This document shows, piece by piece, positions 11,760 through 24,700 of a stretch of DNA of 64,000 nucleotides. This DNA is from Raillietiella orientalis (lineage: Eukaryota). The stretch is from positions 124,001 to 188,000 of the forward strand of contig JAYWIR010000069.1 of NCBI GenBank assembly GCA_036172245.1, in the 5' to 3' direction. The translations under genes and the position numbers were made by a program. The notes under the pieces were generated by a model that was given only the letters and a program-made list of their open reading frames with translations, was not told the DNA's origin and did no database searches. Position 1 is the stretch's first letter, and the number at the start of each line of letters is the position of its first letter.

Positions 11760-12840
11760 AGGATTCTGTTTTTGCAGTCCCTTTCCCTCTTGGTGTGAGC
11801 GTTACCCAAGTTCACGGGACGACGTCTCCCTTCATTTTCCGCGTATGCCCTGAGCGGCGAGTAGTGGGAGAAATTTCCGAGGGTAGGAGGGGGAGGAGGA
11901 AGGGAGAAGGAAAAAGGGGACTCGGGAAGCGTTCCAGGGTCCGAGCTTAGCGTAGGTGCAGTTGCCCCGGTCTCGTCTTTCCGATCTTTTTTCCTGGTCG
12001 GTGAGATCGCGCATGAGGGCTGGTAGGGTGGATTCCTGAAGACCCCAGAATCCTCCTTGTGCCAGCCGGGAGCTGACATTTCTCAAAGCGTCCAATAAGC
12101 ACACGTCGAAGGGAGCAGATGGACGTCAAACTAGGGCGGAAGGGGCGAGTCATGAAAGGAGGGAATGATGGGGAAAGAAAAGGAATCAGAAGGGAGAGAA
12201 TGGGGAAAGGGAGAAGAAGAAGTGAGGAGGGAAAATGAAAGAACGAAAAGGAGAAAAAAGGATCTTCTGTTCCTGTGCAGCAGATGAGCAAACACGCAGC
12301 ACAGGGATCAAATTCCTGGAACTGGAATCTTCACATCCGAGACCTCCTGCCTCATTTGCGCTTGGATCCAGAGAAAGAGGCCCATAGTGGGAAAGGGACG
12401 GTCGGGAACAATGCATGAACCCATCCTCGCGGGTGGCAGCTGCCTTGGGTCTCTTTCGGAGGCAGTCTGGGCATGCGGACAAAGTCTTGATGGAGGAGTG
12501 GGTTCATTTCCGGTCCAGAATCGTGTCTCCTATGGGAAAGCCTCACTCCGGAGAGGATAGCACTCGCTCCTCGTCGCGGACTCACGGATCCCCGCCGCCT
12601 CTTTCCACCGCGAGGCTGAATTTCGCCGCCGGGAAGTAGGGAGACCCACAGGTCGCGGTCTCCCGGCAGCGGGACGCCATCCTCCTCGGAGAGCGTACCC
12701 TTTTGCCGAGTAGCCCGGTAACTCCCCGCCGCTGAAATCGCGGTCAGCCACCATCGCCCGCGGGCGCGACCGAGAACCTCAGAGTCCACCGAACCGGGCG
12801 AAAGCAGTAGTGATGCCACTCGCGACTCACTTCCCAGGGG
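11760..12840 (-). mobile_element. Decayed LINE 5' region / ORF1
   Basis: Pro-rich FSLPPPPPTLGNF segment homologous to 9880-10000. The GC-rich start near 12830 resembles that near 23450. Confidence 0.45.
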
Positions 12841-13046
12841 GGGTCGCCTCTCCCGGCAGGGTATGGAAAGGAACCTGACATCCGTCAGAGAATGCAGGGT
12901 CGCGCGATCCCTCTAATACAGACACAATCCTTTATTCATTTTGCCTACTCCAGTCCCTTCTGTTCCCTAGCAACGCTTTAATAATTCAGCATGATGGGAC
13001 TTTGAGTTCCAGGTCAATTCTGTGCTCCGGTGAACTAGACAGCGCG

Positions 13047-15690
13047 ATCACCCCATCCCGCAAGATCGGGGCATCCCTTAGGAAAAAAGAAAAAACAATC
13101 AGTCAGAACAAACACCGAGAGGCCGAGGCACGTGCATCGCCATGCCCGAGTTGACTTCCCTCTTTGAAGACGGAAGTGGGGGGAAGCGGAAGAAGGGAAG
13201 AAAAGGACAATGAATAAACAAGTAAATAGGTAATGGGATGGGCCGGTCTCACGACGCTCCACTTGATCGCCTAGGGTCCGCGGCGGACGAGGAAGGAACG
13301 GAAGTGAGAAGAAGGAAGCTGCGGCCATCGGCATCCGGTCAGCTTGTTCAGAATCTCCTGATTTGGGTCTCGCGTCCCGGCTGGGCTCACTCCAATGCCC
13401 TTCGCCTGCATGCAATGTCGATGGCCAACGGCTGCCTCTTTCCTTCATTTTGGCAGCCAGCACTGCTGGCACGAGAATCGCCAGAGAGCAAGCAGCCGGC
13501 AAGTCTGAAGAAGTTTACGTGGTCTTGGACAGGTCCAGACTGAGTTGCCTCCCATCCCTGAACACAGGCTTCCACATTACACCAGCACGTGCGGCAGGTC
13601 TCCCATCATCCCACAAAGCGTGCACCCCGCTGAGGCGTGGCGGCGGATCTCTCGCACCACCAGCAAAATGGAGCTCCGCTGACGACGAAGAGGGAAGACG
13701 GAGGCAACCACCAGGAAGCCTTCAAGTTCCCACGGAAAGGATCGAGAAGCTGCGTCCATCCGGGCTTTGCGGGCGTTCAGCCAGATCCCTTGGCATGGCT
13801 CCGCACGCCAGAAGACACGTCTTCTACGCGAAGGGTAAAATGGACCCTGCGTGCCGGCAAGTCATCTTCGTGCCAAGGGAATATCTGCCTCCTAGCACTG
13901 CAGTGGGGATAGGGAGCGGACGAGCATTCCATGAGGGAGACTTTCAACGGTCGTTTGATGGCGCTGCTGCTGGAGAGATCCGGATCTTCCAGGCGACGTT
14001 GCAGGAGGTTCCTTGCGCTACACGTCCTCTTCAAGTGGACCCCGGAAGTGTACGCGTAGTCTCGCAGTAGCGACGCGATCGCGCAGGGCGGGTAGCGCGG
14101 ACTGCATCCTCTCCCGCGGTGGCGTGGGCGCAGGTGACCCTCTGTCCTCTCGACTCCTCATGGGGACACTCCAGGCATCCTCGACATCAAAGTCGAGCTG
14201 CGGAGCCTGGAGCTCGTTCCTGCATCCGTTCGGCGCAGAACCACTCCAGGCCCTAGGAGACGAGGTGGAACCCAAGCCTTTCGGCTGCACCTTCGATCGG
14301 CAGGAGACTCACAGTCGCGCCACGCCCAGTAGCCTCCGGGGTCGACGAAAAGGAAAGACCGGAGAAGGGTCGAGGTGCAAAAATATGTCTCGCAGCTGCC
14401 CTCTCGAGAAGGGCCAGAAGTGCACAGGTAGTCAGCACGCGCTGTTCCTCCTTCAGACAAGATGTCAAACCCTTCCCAGGGCGGAAGGAACGCGTGGATG
14501 TCCCCAAGCAAGTGAGGGACGCGCCCACGGAAGATCCCCAAGAAGCAGCCTGCACTTGGCCTCGATTGGCGACTGCCGCGTGCTGGCCTGCGCCGCAGCG
14601 AAGATCTCGGAGAATGCGCCGGGTGTGCTTTCTGGGGTCTGTCAGGAGTCCACGTGGACGAAATTTCATTTTAAATTAATAGAACACCAATTTCCATATG
14701 TCCCATCATCTCATCCCCACCTACTCTATTCTCAGCACATTCTACAACAAAATATTTTCTGGGGTCTGTCAGGCATCCACGTGGACCGGTTGGGTAGGCG
14801 GAACGAGCCTGCTCTCAGCACCAGTTCAAAGAGCAGCCTGAGGAGCAACGGGCTCAAGCGATCGCTCTTTCCTCGTTGAATTGTCTCGCCAGACTTCTCA
14901 TGACCACGGTAAGGAGACCGCTAAAAAGAAATGTTCCACAGAGAGCGCAGTCAGCCGAGAAGATCGGCGGGGAATCCGACCCGTTCCTGCAGCCGGAGAG
15001 GGAACACCCGGTTGATGAAGTCAAGAAGCTTTAACGAGTCAGCTGCTAGAGCCACCATTCCCTCATTCAAAGTCCCATGAGCAGATGCCCTCGAGGCACA
15101 TGTGGTCCAGTGAGGTGGACAACACGCTGGCTCACTACTGCGCAAGGCGCTCGCTTCAAAGCAGGCGGACCTCTCAGGTCCCTGCTGCTGGATGACCGAC
15201 CGCGAAGGAGACCAGTTCCGCCTGAAGTGGCCCCATGATCACCACCCTCTCCCCATTTCGATACGCGCAGCGCCGCAAGCGTTCACGACGACCGGGTCGA
15301 TCCAAACTGAGATCGAGGTGTCCTACCCGGCCGCCCGCTGCCTCTCTCCAAGCGCTTGCCGCGCATAGATTTACGCGTGCGCGGGAATGTGACCTGGCAA
15401 GCACAGGGATGTGCAAGGTCGGAGCTCCTCGGGCACTCGGAGACAGTGGCGCGCCTCTCGGCAAGTCACGACACGGCAGCTCCACTTCGCTCCTCCCGTC
15501 GTTTCCGGGGATCTGCTGACCTTTGCCCGTGGCGGGTCGAGTCTTCGAGACGGCCGGGGCAAACGACTCGCAGCAACCGCAGACTGCACCCGACCGCGTG
15601 CGTCGGCCGTAGCGCCCTCCGAGCGGCTTCCGCTCTCCGTCTGCTAAAAAACCGGCACCACCATTTCGCGCTCTCTCTCGGGGTCGCACG
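13047..15690 (-). mobile_element. Heavily deleted LINE (5' region, RT remnants, 3' UTR)
   Basis: IFPWHEDDLP (ADD-like motif) in ORF 13777..14034, a T-rich 3' UTR at 13080-13230 and a diverged terminal hairpin at 13047-13077. Confidence 0.5.
14629..14786. repeat. 31-bp direct repeat flanking a 96-bp AT-rich, G-poor insert
   Basis: tttctggggtctgtcagg(ag/ca)tccacgtggac at 14629-14659 and 14756-14786. Confidence 0.9.
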
Positions 15691-15732
15691 TCCGCAGCAG
15701 CGGGAGGAATAGGGAGGGGGAGAGGAGATAGG

Positions 15733-16460
15733 ATGGCGGAGTGGTTTCCTACCTCCCCTCCTTCTCTTTTCCTTCTCTTTTCCTTCTCCTCCCTCCTCCC
15801 GCCTTTTCCTCTCCCCTTTCCCGCCCTCTTTCCCTCCCTTCGCCCTCTTCCCGTTCCCCTCGCTCTCCCCTCCTTCCTCCCATTCCTCCTTCTTCCTCTT
15901 GTCCACTCCCTCCCTTCCTACTACCTCCTCTTCCACCACCTTTCCCATGCATCCACCCCCCTCCTCTTTCCTTCCATCCCCTGCCTTTCTCCCCCTTCCT
16001 CATCCTCCATCCTCCTCCGCCTCCTCTCCCAATCCACTTTGACTCCTCCTTGGACGTGGACAGCGGCGGCGACCCACCACCTGGAGGGAGAAACGACGTC
16101 CTCATCCCCCTTCGCTCGTCGTGGTCAATCGAGCAGGCCGGCCCTCCCCATCACCGAGCCCCCGGTTCCAGGAGATTCGCAGGAGGGCGCTCCGACACCT
16201 CGGACGAACTCCACACGCGCGGATGCGGGCTCCCTTCCCCACCTTGTAAGGGGGTGCGGACCGAAGAGAATGTTGGGTGCATGCTACAGGGATCTGCTGG
16301 GGAACCTCGAGGGTTGCCATGTTCTCCTGAGGCATTTTTTCCGTTCTGGAACTCCAAAGGTGGGGATAACACAAAGGGCCTCCAATCCCACCACATGGTC
16401 GAGCACTGAGTGTCCGTCCCGCAAGTCATGCCAGGCATTCATCGGGATCAGAGGATCCTT
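15733..16460 (+). mobile_element. Probable LINE ORF1 5' part with expanded C/T tract
   Basis: ATG at 15733, a ~300-bp polypyrimidine tract (15745-16050), then sequence resembling the other ORF1 remnants. Confidence 0.4.
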
Positions 16461-16895
16461 CTCCTAGTTTAAGAGAGGCACGAAATCATGGGAAAGCTCT
16501 GAGATTGAAACGACGCCTCTAAAAGATGAGGGAGAGCATGCTTGAAAGAACTCTTTGACAGCTAAGGAAGATGGATATTGCGGGATCGGAAAATCCAGGG
16601 AGTATTCCTGCAGGAAGATTGGGACCAGGAGGGGGGGAATTCGGTATTTTTTTTCCTTCCTCGCCCTGGACGAAGATGAAGACGCAAAAAGGAGAAAATG
16701 AAGGTAAGACGAGCTGGCGGACTTCGAGAACGTCCCACTTTGAGGTCGTCGCGATGTCGACAATCGCGTGGCACAATCGCTGAAGTCCCTGCCGTCAGGA
16801 AGCATGAGGTCGTGTACTCGTCGATAGGTCACGATGTCCCCGAACGTTCCAGAGTTGAATGCCGAGGGGGCTTCCCTATGATGCAGAAGCTGCCT

Positions 16896-18000
16896 TGACA
16901 TTCGGTTGCGCCAGGCGTTCATTTATATAAAAATAAACACACATGTCAGTGGCAGCACTCTTGGTCCTGCCTCGTTACAAACGTAACCATGGGAACCTGC
17001 CGAGAACTGGCACGCGGGCCGGCGATGTTCATCTCGACAGCAGAGAGAGAGGAGGGAGGGGGAGCAAACAAAAAAAATGAAACAAAAAAATATATACAAA
17101 ACAATTGGGAGGGTTCTGGAAGGGATAACTGAGTGCTGGAGGGCGTCCTCTGCATCCTTGCAAGGATGCCGTCGAGTTCCTGTTTTAGCATCCCTAGATG
17201 GGGCCATCTTGATGCTGTCCTCATGAAGAGGACGGCAAAATAGATGGCCTTCCTGTCGTACTGGCCTCCTCTGGCGTAGCTCCATGCAACATGGTCCTGC
17301 CGCGTAGGCGCCAAAGCGCTGCTAGGGACGCGGCAGGAAGAGACGCTTCAGAGAGTCTCTGGGGTTGCCCTCGGGGTTCCAGAGGGACGCGACGAAGTTG
17401 TTCCCACAGGAAGCTGAGGGCCACACAGTCCACGAGCAGATTACGGGAGGGACTCTCTTTCGCCGCACCTGCCGCAGTTGGGGCTCTCACTCCCCCCGGT
17501 CCCGTGGTGTCGACGGGCGTTGCATGGGAGGCCCCAATGAAACGGAAGGAACTCCGACTTCTGCCGCTTGAGGGGGAGGGTAGCACTGCTCCTGCACGCT
17601 GTCGGCTACTTCGCCTCCACCGGAGGAATTCGTAGCAGCTCCCCCCAGTGCAGCAGTCCTTTCGGAGGGCAGTGCCCGTCAGCTCCCGAGTTGCCCACGT
17701 GTTGAAGTGCCTTTTCCTTCCTTTTTTTGTGCGGAAGCTGTTCGTCGTAAGAAGTCCCAGTGATGGGATCCAGGAATGAGATGGAGGCGTGATGGCGATC
17801 ATCTTGCTCCCGTGGAGAAGGTGCCAACTGTCGAGAAGGAGGGATCAGCTGAAATCGCCTCCAGCAGAGAGGAACATCTTCCTCGGGTTCCTTTCCTTCC
17901 TTCCGCGCGATCTTGGCCAGCGTCCTCGTCGCGATGCTGGAGGATTTGGATGTCCTTGTCGGCTCCGGGGCGGCAGTCATCGATGTACTTTTGTCTTCTC
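16896..18000 (-). mobile_element. Decayed family A LINE, 3' part
   Basis: ESPSRNLLVDCVAL...PAASLAAL matches ORF 2042..2950. RWPHLGMLKQELDGI C-terminus. Terminal motif variant aatgaacgcctggcgcaaccgaa at 16901-16923 (minus). Confidence 0.85.
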
Positions 18001-19559
18001 TTGTTCGATCCATCCTTCCCGCAGGCTCGACTCTTCTCATCTCTCCAGAAAAGCGCATTTATTTACGATTTTTTTTCCCATGGAACTGATGCGATCTTCA
18101 TTGGTTGGTCGGAATCGAATTTTGGGGAACTAGAGGGACGCGGGGAAATCAAATCAAGGGAGGCATTTTCCTTTCGGGTGAGAGAGGGCGAGGAAAAGCA
18201 AATCGAAGCGAGGAACTCGCCTTCGGCTACGAATCTTCGTGCCGCTCTCGAACACCATGGTTTCCCGAAGAGAAAGCATTTTTTTCCGCAATCCCTGATG
18301 GGGGGGGGGGGAGGATGGGAAGACAGTTACGGGAAGGGGGAAGCAGCCGCGCACTCTTCGCGCGTCCGGCCAGCGATGGAAGACTCCTTGACGACGCAAC
18401 CACTGACCTTGGGTTCATCCGTCCACCCGCCCCCGGCAATCGCACCTCAGGTGTCGCTTTCCCACTACCCCGTTCCCGCGTTCCTGCCTCTCTGTTTTTT
18501 AATTGCTGCTAGCACTCGTTCTCGGGAAAATCAAATTTCGTGAATTCCCGGAAGAGGCTCTGGAAGGAAACATTTCGGAGAATGCGAGGGATGATGGATC
18601 AGTTGGGAAAGACCGAGCAGCACCGGGATGGCTCACGCCAGCAAGGGACCCCAGCACGACGCTTCCCGGCACGAGCGCACGCGGGAGAGAAAACGCAAAG
18701 TCCTTTTCCGCCGTCACAGTTGACACATTTGCCGAATTCTTCCGTTTTCAAGCATGGCACTTCAGAAACGATCCCACCGAGTTCCCAAGGCAACGAATAT
18801 TGCCCTACCTCCCTTTTCTCTTTCTTTCGTTTTCTTTTCTCTCTCTCTCTCTTTTTTGCATCTGAAGACTTCGGTGTGCATGTTGGAATGGAAGAATTCT
18901 TCAGCTCGGAATAACCGAATAGCAGCAAAAAGAAGTTGGGTGTCGGTTTGTTTTATTCTAGGAGTCCAAAAACTTCGGAGCAGCTCCGTTTCATAGCAAC
19001 CAAAGCTGAGGAAAGACATTCGTCACAGTCGCTTTCAGAGGGAAGGCACATTACGTAGAGTAAAAAAAAAAAAAAACCCGTGGTAGGGGTGGGGGGTAGG
19101 AAGTGTAGGAATATTTTGTCTTTCGTTTCAGCCGCTCTTTTCTTCCTGGAGATGACGGTGAATGCTGGCGATACCCGCAGCGACTTCTTGCAGGTGGGGG
19201 CCATCTCGTATCATCTTCATCGAGGAGGCTGCCGTTCGGATGGCCATGCATTCCTTCGCTGCGAGCGAGACTCCATCACGGACCGGACTGTGACGATGGC
19301 GGACGCGGCATCTCGTGGCGGTCACGCCGCCTGCTGCAAGTCCTCCGTCCAAAGCGGTGACCTCCAGGTGGCGGAGCCCCAAAGCGAGTCTCCGCCACGT
19401 GTCCTCCAGAGCACCTCAGTTCAACAGGAGGGAGTGGGAACGATTCCATCGCAGAGCACCGGGAATAGTTTTGAGAGGCAGCCCCCCGGGAACCAGGCGC
19501 CGGCGTTGGCTGCACCCCAGTTCCTCTTTACGCCTCGAGAGGAACTCCGTTCCGTCAAT

Positions 19560-20513
19560 ACACGAGGAAGGAACCACGAGTTCTTGGGGGAGCGCAGCGA
19601 GCAGAACCTCCCTAGCTGCGGCATTGCCCTACCTCAGGGAGCACTTGGGCAGTAACCAGCCGGCCAAATGGGAGGTCCGATGTGAAATGGGTGGAAGAGC
19701 GCAGGAATTAGGTTGCTGAATCTCGGCTCAGCTCACGGACATTGAGACCCCAAGTGCCCCACCGAAAGGATTATTGAGCTGGGGCGAGCTGCTGGGAATC
19801 CCTCAGGGAGTGCTCGAGTGGCTTCCAGCGTTGAAGAACAATCGGGTCTCCCTTTGAAGTGGCAGGAGTCGACACTTCTGCTGTTGCGCTGGGGTATCCT
19901 GTGCAACTCCTGCCCTTCTCACTGGGCCCAGAGGAGTGTGGACCCCAACTCTTACAGATGCAGGGAACGGGAATCCCTTCTGCACCTGCTTGTAGACTGT
20001 GTTGTCCTCTGACCCCTGTGGTCACATTGTGCAACCGCCCTTGGTGCACCGACGGGCAATCCCAGGGACGTGATGAAGCGCCTCTTCGTGCGCGATGCTC
20101 TTTCTCCCACCGCACCCCAGCAGTTCTTTGCTGCCTGCACGGGATTGTGGAGGTACGCGAGAGGAGGACGGCACGGTAGGGATACCATCTGCTTCGCCCT
20201 GAGCTTCCTGAGAACGTCAGCAAGATGGCCCCACCTGGGGCATACTCGGATGGAACTTGCCGGGCATCCTGGAACGCAAAGGATTCCCTCCAGCGGACAG
20301 TGATCCCTTCCGATGCCCCTTAGGTTTCTTTCATTATTAATTTTTATTTATTATTATGTTTGTTTGACCCTCCGTTGCCGAGACGGACCTCGCTGGCATG
20401 CCGGTTATTCGGAAGGTTCCGAATATTTTCGGACGATGTACGGCCGATGGCTCTACACATGTATGTTTATTATTTTTTTTATAATAAACGTTCCGGCGTG
20501 ACCTGGTGATAAA
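19560..20513 (+). mobile_element. Decayed family A LINE, 3' part
   Basis: LPLKWQESTLLLLRWGILCN...RCRERESLLHLLVDCV. Terminal motif aataaacgttccggcgtgacctggtgataaa at 20483-20513. Confidence 0.88.
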
Positions 20514-23500
20514 CCGAGCAGGTCGCTCTGCTGAAAGCGACCCTTTGCCCGAGAATGAGGAGTGGTGGTTTTGGGGAATTAACCGACCTCTGCAATTTTG
20601 TGGAACTCCCACGCTGCAGGTTGGCTGCTGTCATCATTTGCCCTGAGGGAGGACAGTGGCGAACCGGAACTCCAGTGCCTCCTGCTGCCAGGCGTTCCAG
20701 CTTTGGCGGAGGCAGGGGATCCAAGGGTGGGATTCCAGTGGTGAGGACAGAGGCCTCGGCGAGAAGCCGAATTCACTCATCCTGTATCGGCAGCGCGGAA
20801 GCAACGAGAGAAGTCCTCCGCTGCCAGCACATCGCCGAAGAATGTGTCGCACCGGAGCACACCAGGGAGATGCTCATCTGCGATGCACAATGATGCATCG
20901 TGCTGGCGCCCATGCTTCATGAAGCGCCGAAGATGTGGACACGGCTGAAATCTGCGGAACCACCCTAAGCAGATCGATTACTCTGCGCTCTCGCTTGTCC
21001 ACCAGATGGAGGATGAAAAACGCGGAAGTCCGGGCAGCCATCTCTGACGCCTCGAGGAAATTCCACCGTGGTTCTTGCACGAGACTTTGCCCGGCGTGCG
21101 GAGATGCAGGGTTTGATTGGGATTGCTGGCACGATCGGGCATCCTCCAGCAGCAGTAGCTAAAATGGCACTCAGTCGGAAGATCTGAATAACAGAATGCA
21201 AAGGGAAAGCTGCTTGTTGCTTTATATTCCAAGGTTTACAGATGACTAGGAGTTGCTGACAAACCTCATGATGTGGAGATGCTTTGTTTATCTCCTGGGA
21301 TGCGAAGCGAATAATTACGAGAAACAACTGGTCCTCCACGGGATGTCTGCATAGTTTTACAGTAACTGATTACTTTTCGTTCTTCGTTTCCGGCATTCAG
21401 GATAAACTAACAAAATAAATCAAGATGAATAATGGAAGGACGTTTCCAAATGCTCTGCGTCTCCTTGAGCATCGGTACCTGCGTCTCTCTCCCCTCATTC
21501 TTGACTCTACCGAACTCGAAAGGGCAAAAAAAGGAAAACAGAAAAAAAAAAATTGAATTTGCCTTTTCGAAAATATTGAATTTCCTGGTTCTTAACGGGA
21601 ACTTGCTCCTTGACAAGTTTTCGAACTGGGAGGGTTTAAGGAATCAGTTTTAGTTTTTTATGGGAACAAAGGCAGTATCTCCTGAAGATGCAGGACTTTT
21701 TCCCCCTTCTTTTTCTGCGGAAGGAGCACACTGCAACAGAGAAACTCAGACAGCAAGAAATCTTGCATTTCTGCATTCTTACATATCCTTGACGTAAAGG
21801 AATAAGTTAACTGCTATTATTATTATTTAACCCCGCGTGGTAGCAGAACGCCTGCTATGGACGATCAGTTTCCCAATGTGGACTATGAATTCCGAAAAGG
21901 TTCCTGCGGCGGTCGGCACGCTGTACGAGTCCACATGCAGTGAGCACACACCAGAAAATGCCCATCTGCCATTTTCGGAAGATGCTTATTCCCAGACTTT
22001 TCCCGGGAAGTGCCAGCGAACACAAGCTGTCGCTGCTCTGGTGGGCAGTGTGACCTCAAAAGAAGCGCAGCATAGCCAGGGTCATGTTTGCGCACGCAAG
22101 AACATCCCCTGAAGGAAGAGCGACTCCTTATCGCTGCGCTCGAATGCAGGAACACACCGCGTCGGGTGTGCGTCCTGCTGCTCTTTTGCGTGCATGGCAA
22201 ACTGGAAAGGAGGCAGAAACACCATGAGGCAGCCCTCTTATGAAGCTCCCAGCTTCTCGTCATCGATAGCAAGACCTGCCTATGACACAGTGCACACCAC
22301 CTGGGGGCATCTCTATCTGGTTGCAGCCCCTCCGTCGCTTCTTGCAGGTCATATGACACTCAAAGGGTGCGGCGAGGAGCCATCGCTGGCACTTTTCGGC
22401 ATACAGGAACTTGCGAAGGACCCGAAGACTACGTCTCCATGGCACCCCTGCAGGATGAAGCGCCGGAAGGAAGGGCCGGCTGCGCTACCGTCCCCTCGGA
22501 CCGCCTGGGTTTCCCGCGAGGGATTGGTTGCCCTCGCGGCCTGTCGCCCAGCAGCCGGAGCCTGCGAGGTCCGCATGCTCGAAAGCGAGCGTCTTGAGCA
22601 GCGGTGCGCCAGCTAATTGTCCGACTGGACGAACCACGTGTGCCTCGAGGGCCACTGCGCGCGCTGGTGGGCCGGCGATCGGGAGGACGGCCTGACTTCT
22701 TAGATCGTCGCCGGATCGAAGCAGCTCCGGTTTGGACCAGGGCGGGTCCTTGAACGAAGATTTGACTAATGTCCTGAGGGCTGGATCAGTGCATGCGCAG
22801 CCCGGTAATGAATAAGAGGCTTACTGGCGGCCTAGTTCATCCACGATGGAGTGTCGGACCCGGGAGATGGTTCCCGTGCGTCTCTTCCGCGATTGGTCTC
22901 CCGACACGTCCCCCACCGGTACGCAGGGTCTTTTCCTGCCCAAAGAGAAGTGAAGGCTGTAGAATTCCGCCTAGTCTTCTGGGCAGAACTGGTGCGAATC
23001 CTGCGCCAGCTGGCGCTGCTGCTGCTGTGGGAAGACAGGAGATGAGAGGGAGGGCTCACTTTAGAGGACTCTCCTAAGTACCAGCGGTTGCTTTCCCGAA
23101 AAGGAGGAGCGCCGCTGTCATCCCGGAGAACAGCCTGAAGGCTTAGGGAGATGGGATCCGACCAACCGGGACGCGAGCCACATTTGGACGATTCCAGGTG
23201 CCGATGAGTTAGGACTACTTTCTTCTTTGTCTCCCCCTGTCGGACTCGTCGTGCCGCTCTCGCCATCGTGGGCGGTGCGGCGGCTCAAGATCGGCCTCCG
23301 GCGCTGCTGCTGCTTCGCCACGTGGCGGTTCGCTACAGCCGTGCAGAAGCGACACTTGGCACTGCCGGCTTCCGGACTGCCCACAGTTGCCCCAGAGCGA
23401 GCGACCACCGCAGAGCCGGAGATGCAAAAAGATCCCACTCGCCACTCGTTCTCCGGTCGCCGCGGAAGCAGGAGTGAGCTGGGATCCCCCAGGGAACGTC

Positions 23501-24661
23501 GCCTGCGACGGCTAAAAGAATTTCCTAGAAAGGCTGCTCGTGGGTCGCTGAGTGCATAGGGACAACTGCGGTGCTAAAAGACGGAGAGGGACGAAAGCCC
23601 AGTTTTCAGGAATAGTTTTGCCGAGACTCGGACTGATTTCTTCGGTCGAGAAAATTCGATCGTTCGCTCAGGCGGTCGAGAGCTCCAGGTTCAGGCCGTC
23701 ATCCGTTTCCCATAAATTCTCTTCTGCCCATCTCCATGACGACGGCCGACCGACGATTGTGGGTACGCCGGCGCTGCTCGGGCACGAAAGCTGCAGCCTC
23801 GGGGAAAAAAAACCGTGCTTCGCGAGCCGGAAGGCCAATGAGATGCGGCAGCATCCCTGCCTTTCCCCAGCGCCGACCAGGGAACCGGGCGAGACGGGAG
23901 CACGTTCCTTCCACTCCGCGCGCCGGAGCCCGTTCGCTTCGCGGGATGCCGCAGACGGGCGGAGCAGCCGCGGTGCTCATGGATGGGTGCGCGACAGAAG
24001 CGCACTTTCCTCCTCTTCCGGTGCCTTCAGCCGGGCAGGAAAGTCCGCCTGCCCGACGTTTCCGGGAGCGACGACGACCGTGAAAAGCTGGACTTTCCTG
24101 GCAAGCATGCGGCGTCCCTGCCCACCGGTTCTCGTTTTCGCCCGCGGCATCCACCGCTCGGAGCCATGCCTCGGAGGTGCTTCATAGAGCTTGGCGTTTC
24201 CTTGCAAGAAATCTCCGCAGGCTCGCCCCTTACCATGCCACCTGCTCTCGATGGCACTTTCCTCTATCCCCATCCCGCCGTCCCGTGCCCCCTTCTCCTG
24301 GGGTCAGCGGCATTCGCGACACAGGGTGTTTGTGTCAAGGGCGCGGCAGTCTTTTCCTCTCGTCGAACGCGTCGCAACCGCTGGGGTGGGAGGCTGGCAG
24401 GACGGTCTCTACGATTCTCTTGTCCGCGCTGGCGTCTCCCAGTCTGCACCACGGCCGACCCCGACGGCTGCGAGTCGATCCGCCCATGCTGCGGAAGGCT
24501 CGATGGAGCGAAGGAATGCAGAGGCGCGGGAGGGAACGGGTGCGAAGCGCACCGCCACGTGTGCTCTGGAATTTTCCAGCAGCCGGAGAGATGCGGAGCC
24601 GTCGCGCCACTCGCCTGGCCGCCGCAGACTGAGGGGACACCTTTGCTCCGTCCCTTCCGGA

Positions 24662-24700
24662 GCGCTCGCGCGTGCCGGGCAGCCCGGCACGCGCGAGCGC
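24662..24700. repeat. Perfect 39-nt palindrome at a deletion junction
   Basis: gcgctcgcgcgtgccgggc-a-gcccggcacgcgcgagcgc; the right arm beyond 24686 is absent from the duplicate arm. Confidence 0.95.

Noticed and set aside
20970..21110. HEAT-repeat-like peptide (LVHQMEDE/AEVRAAISDA)
   Set aside because: It needs two frameshifts and is too short to assign without a profile search.
21830..22700. Possible decayed host coding sequence (also 45750-46510 minus and 52870-53100 minus)
   Set aside because: Protein-like composition but multiple stops and no motif I can name.
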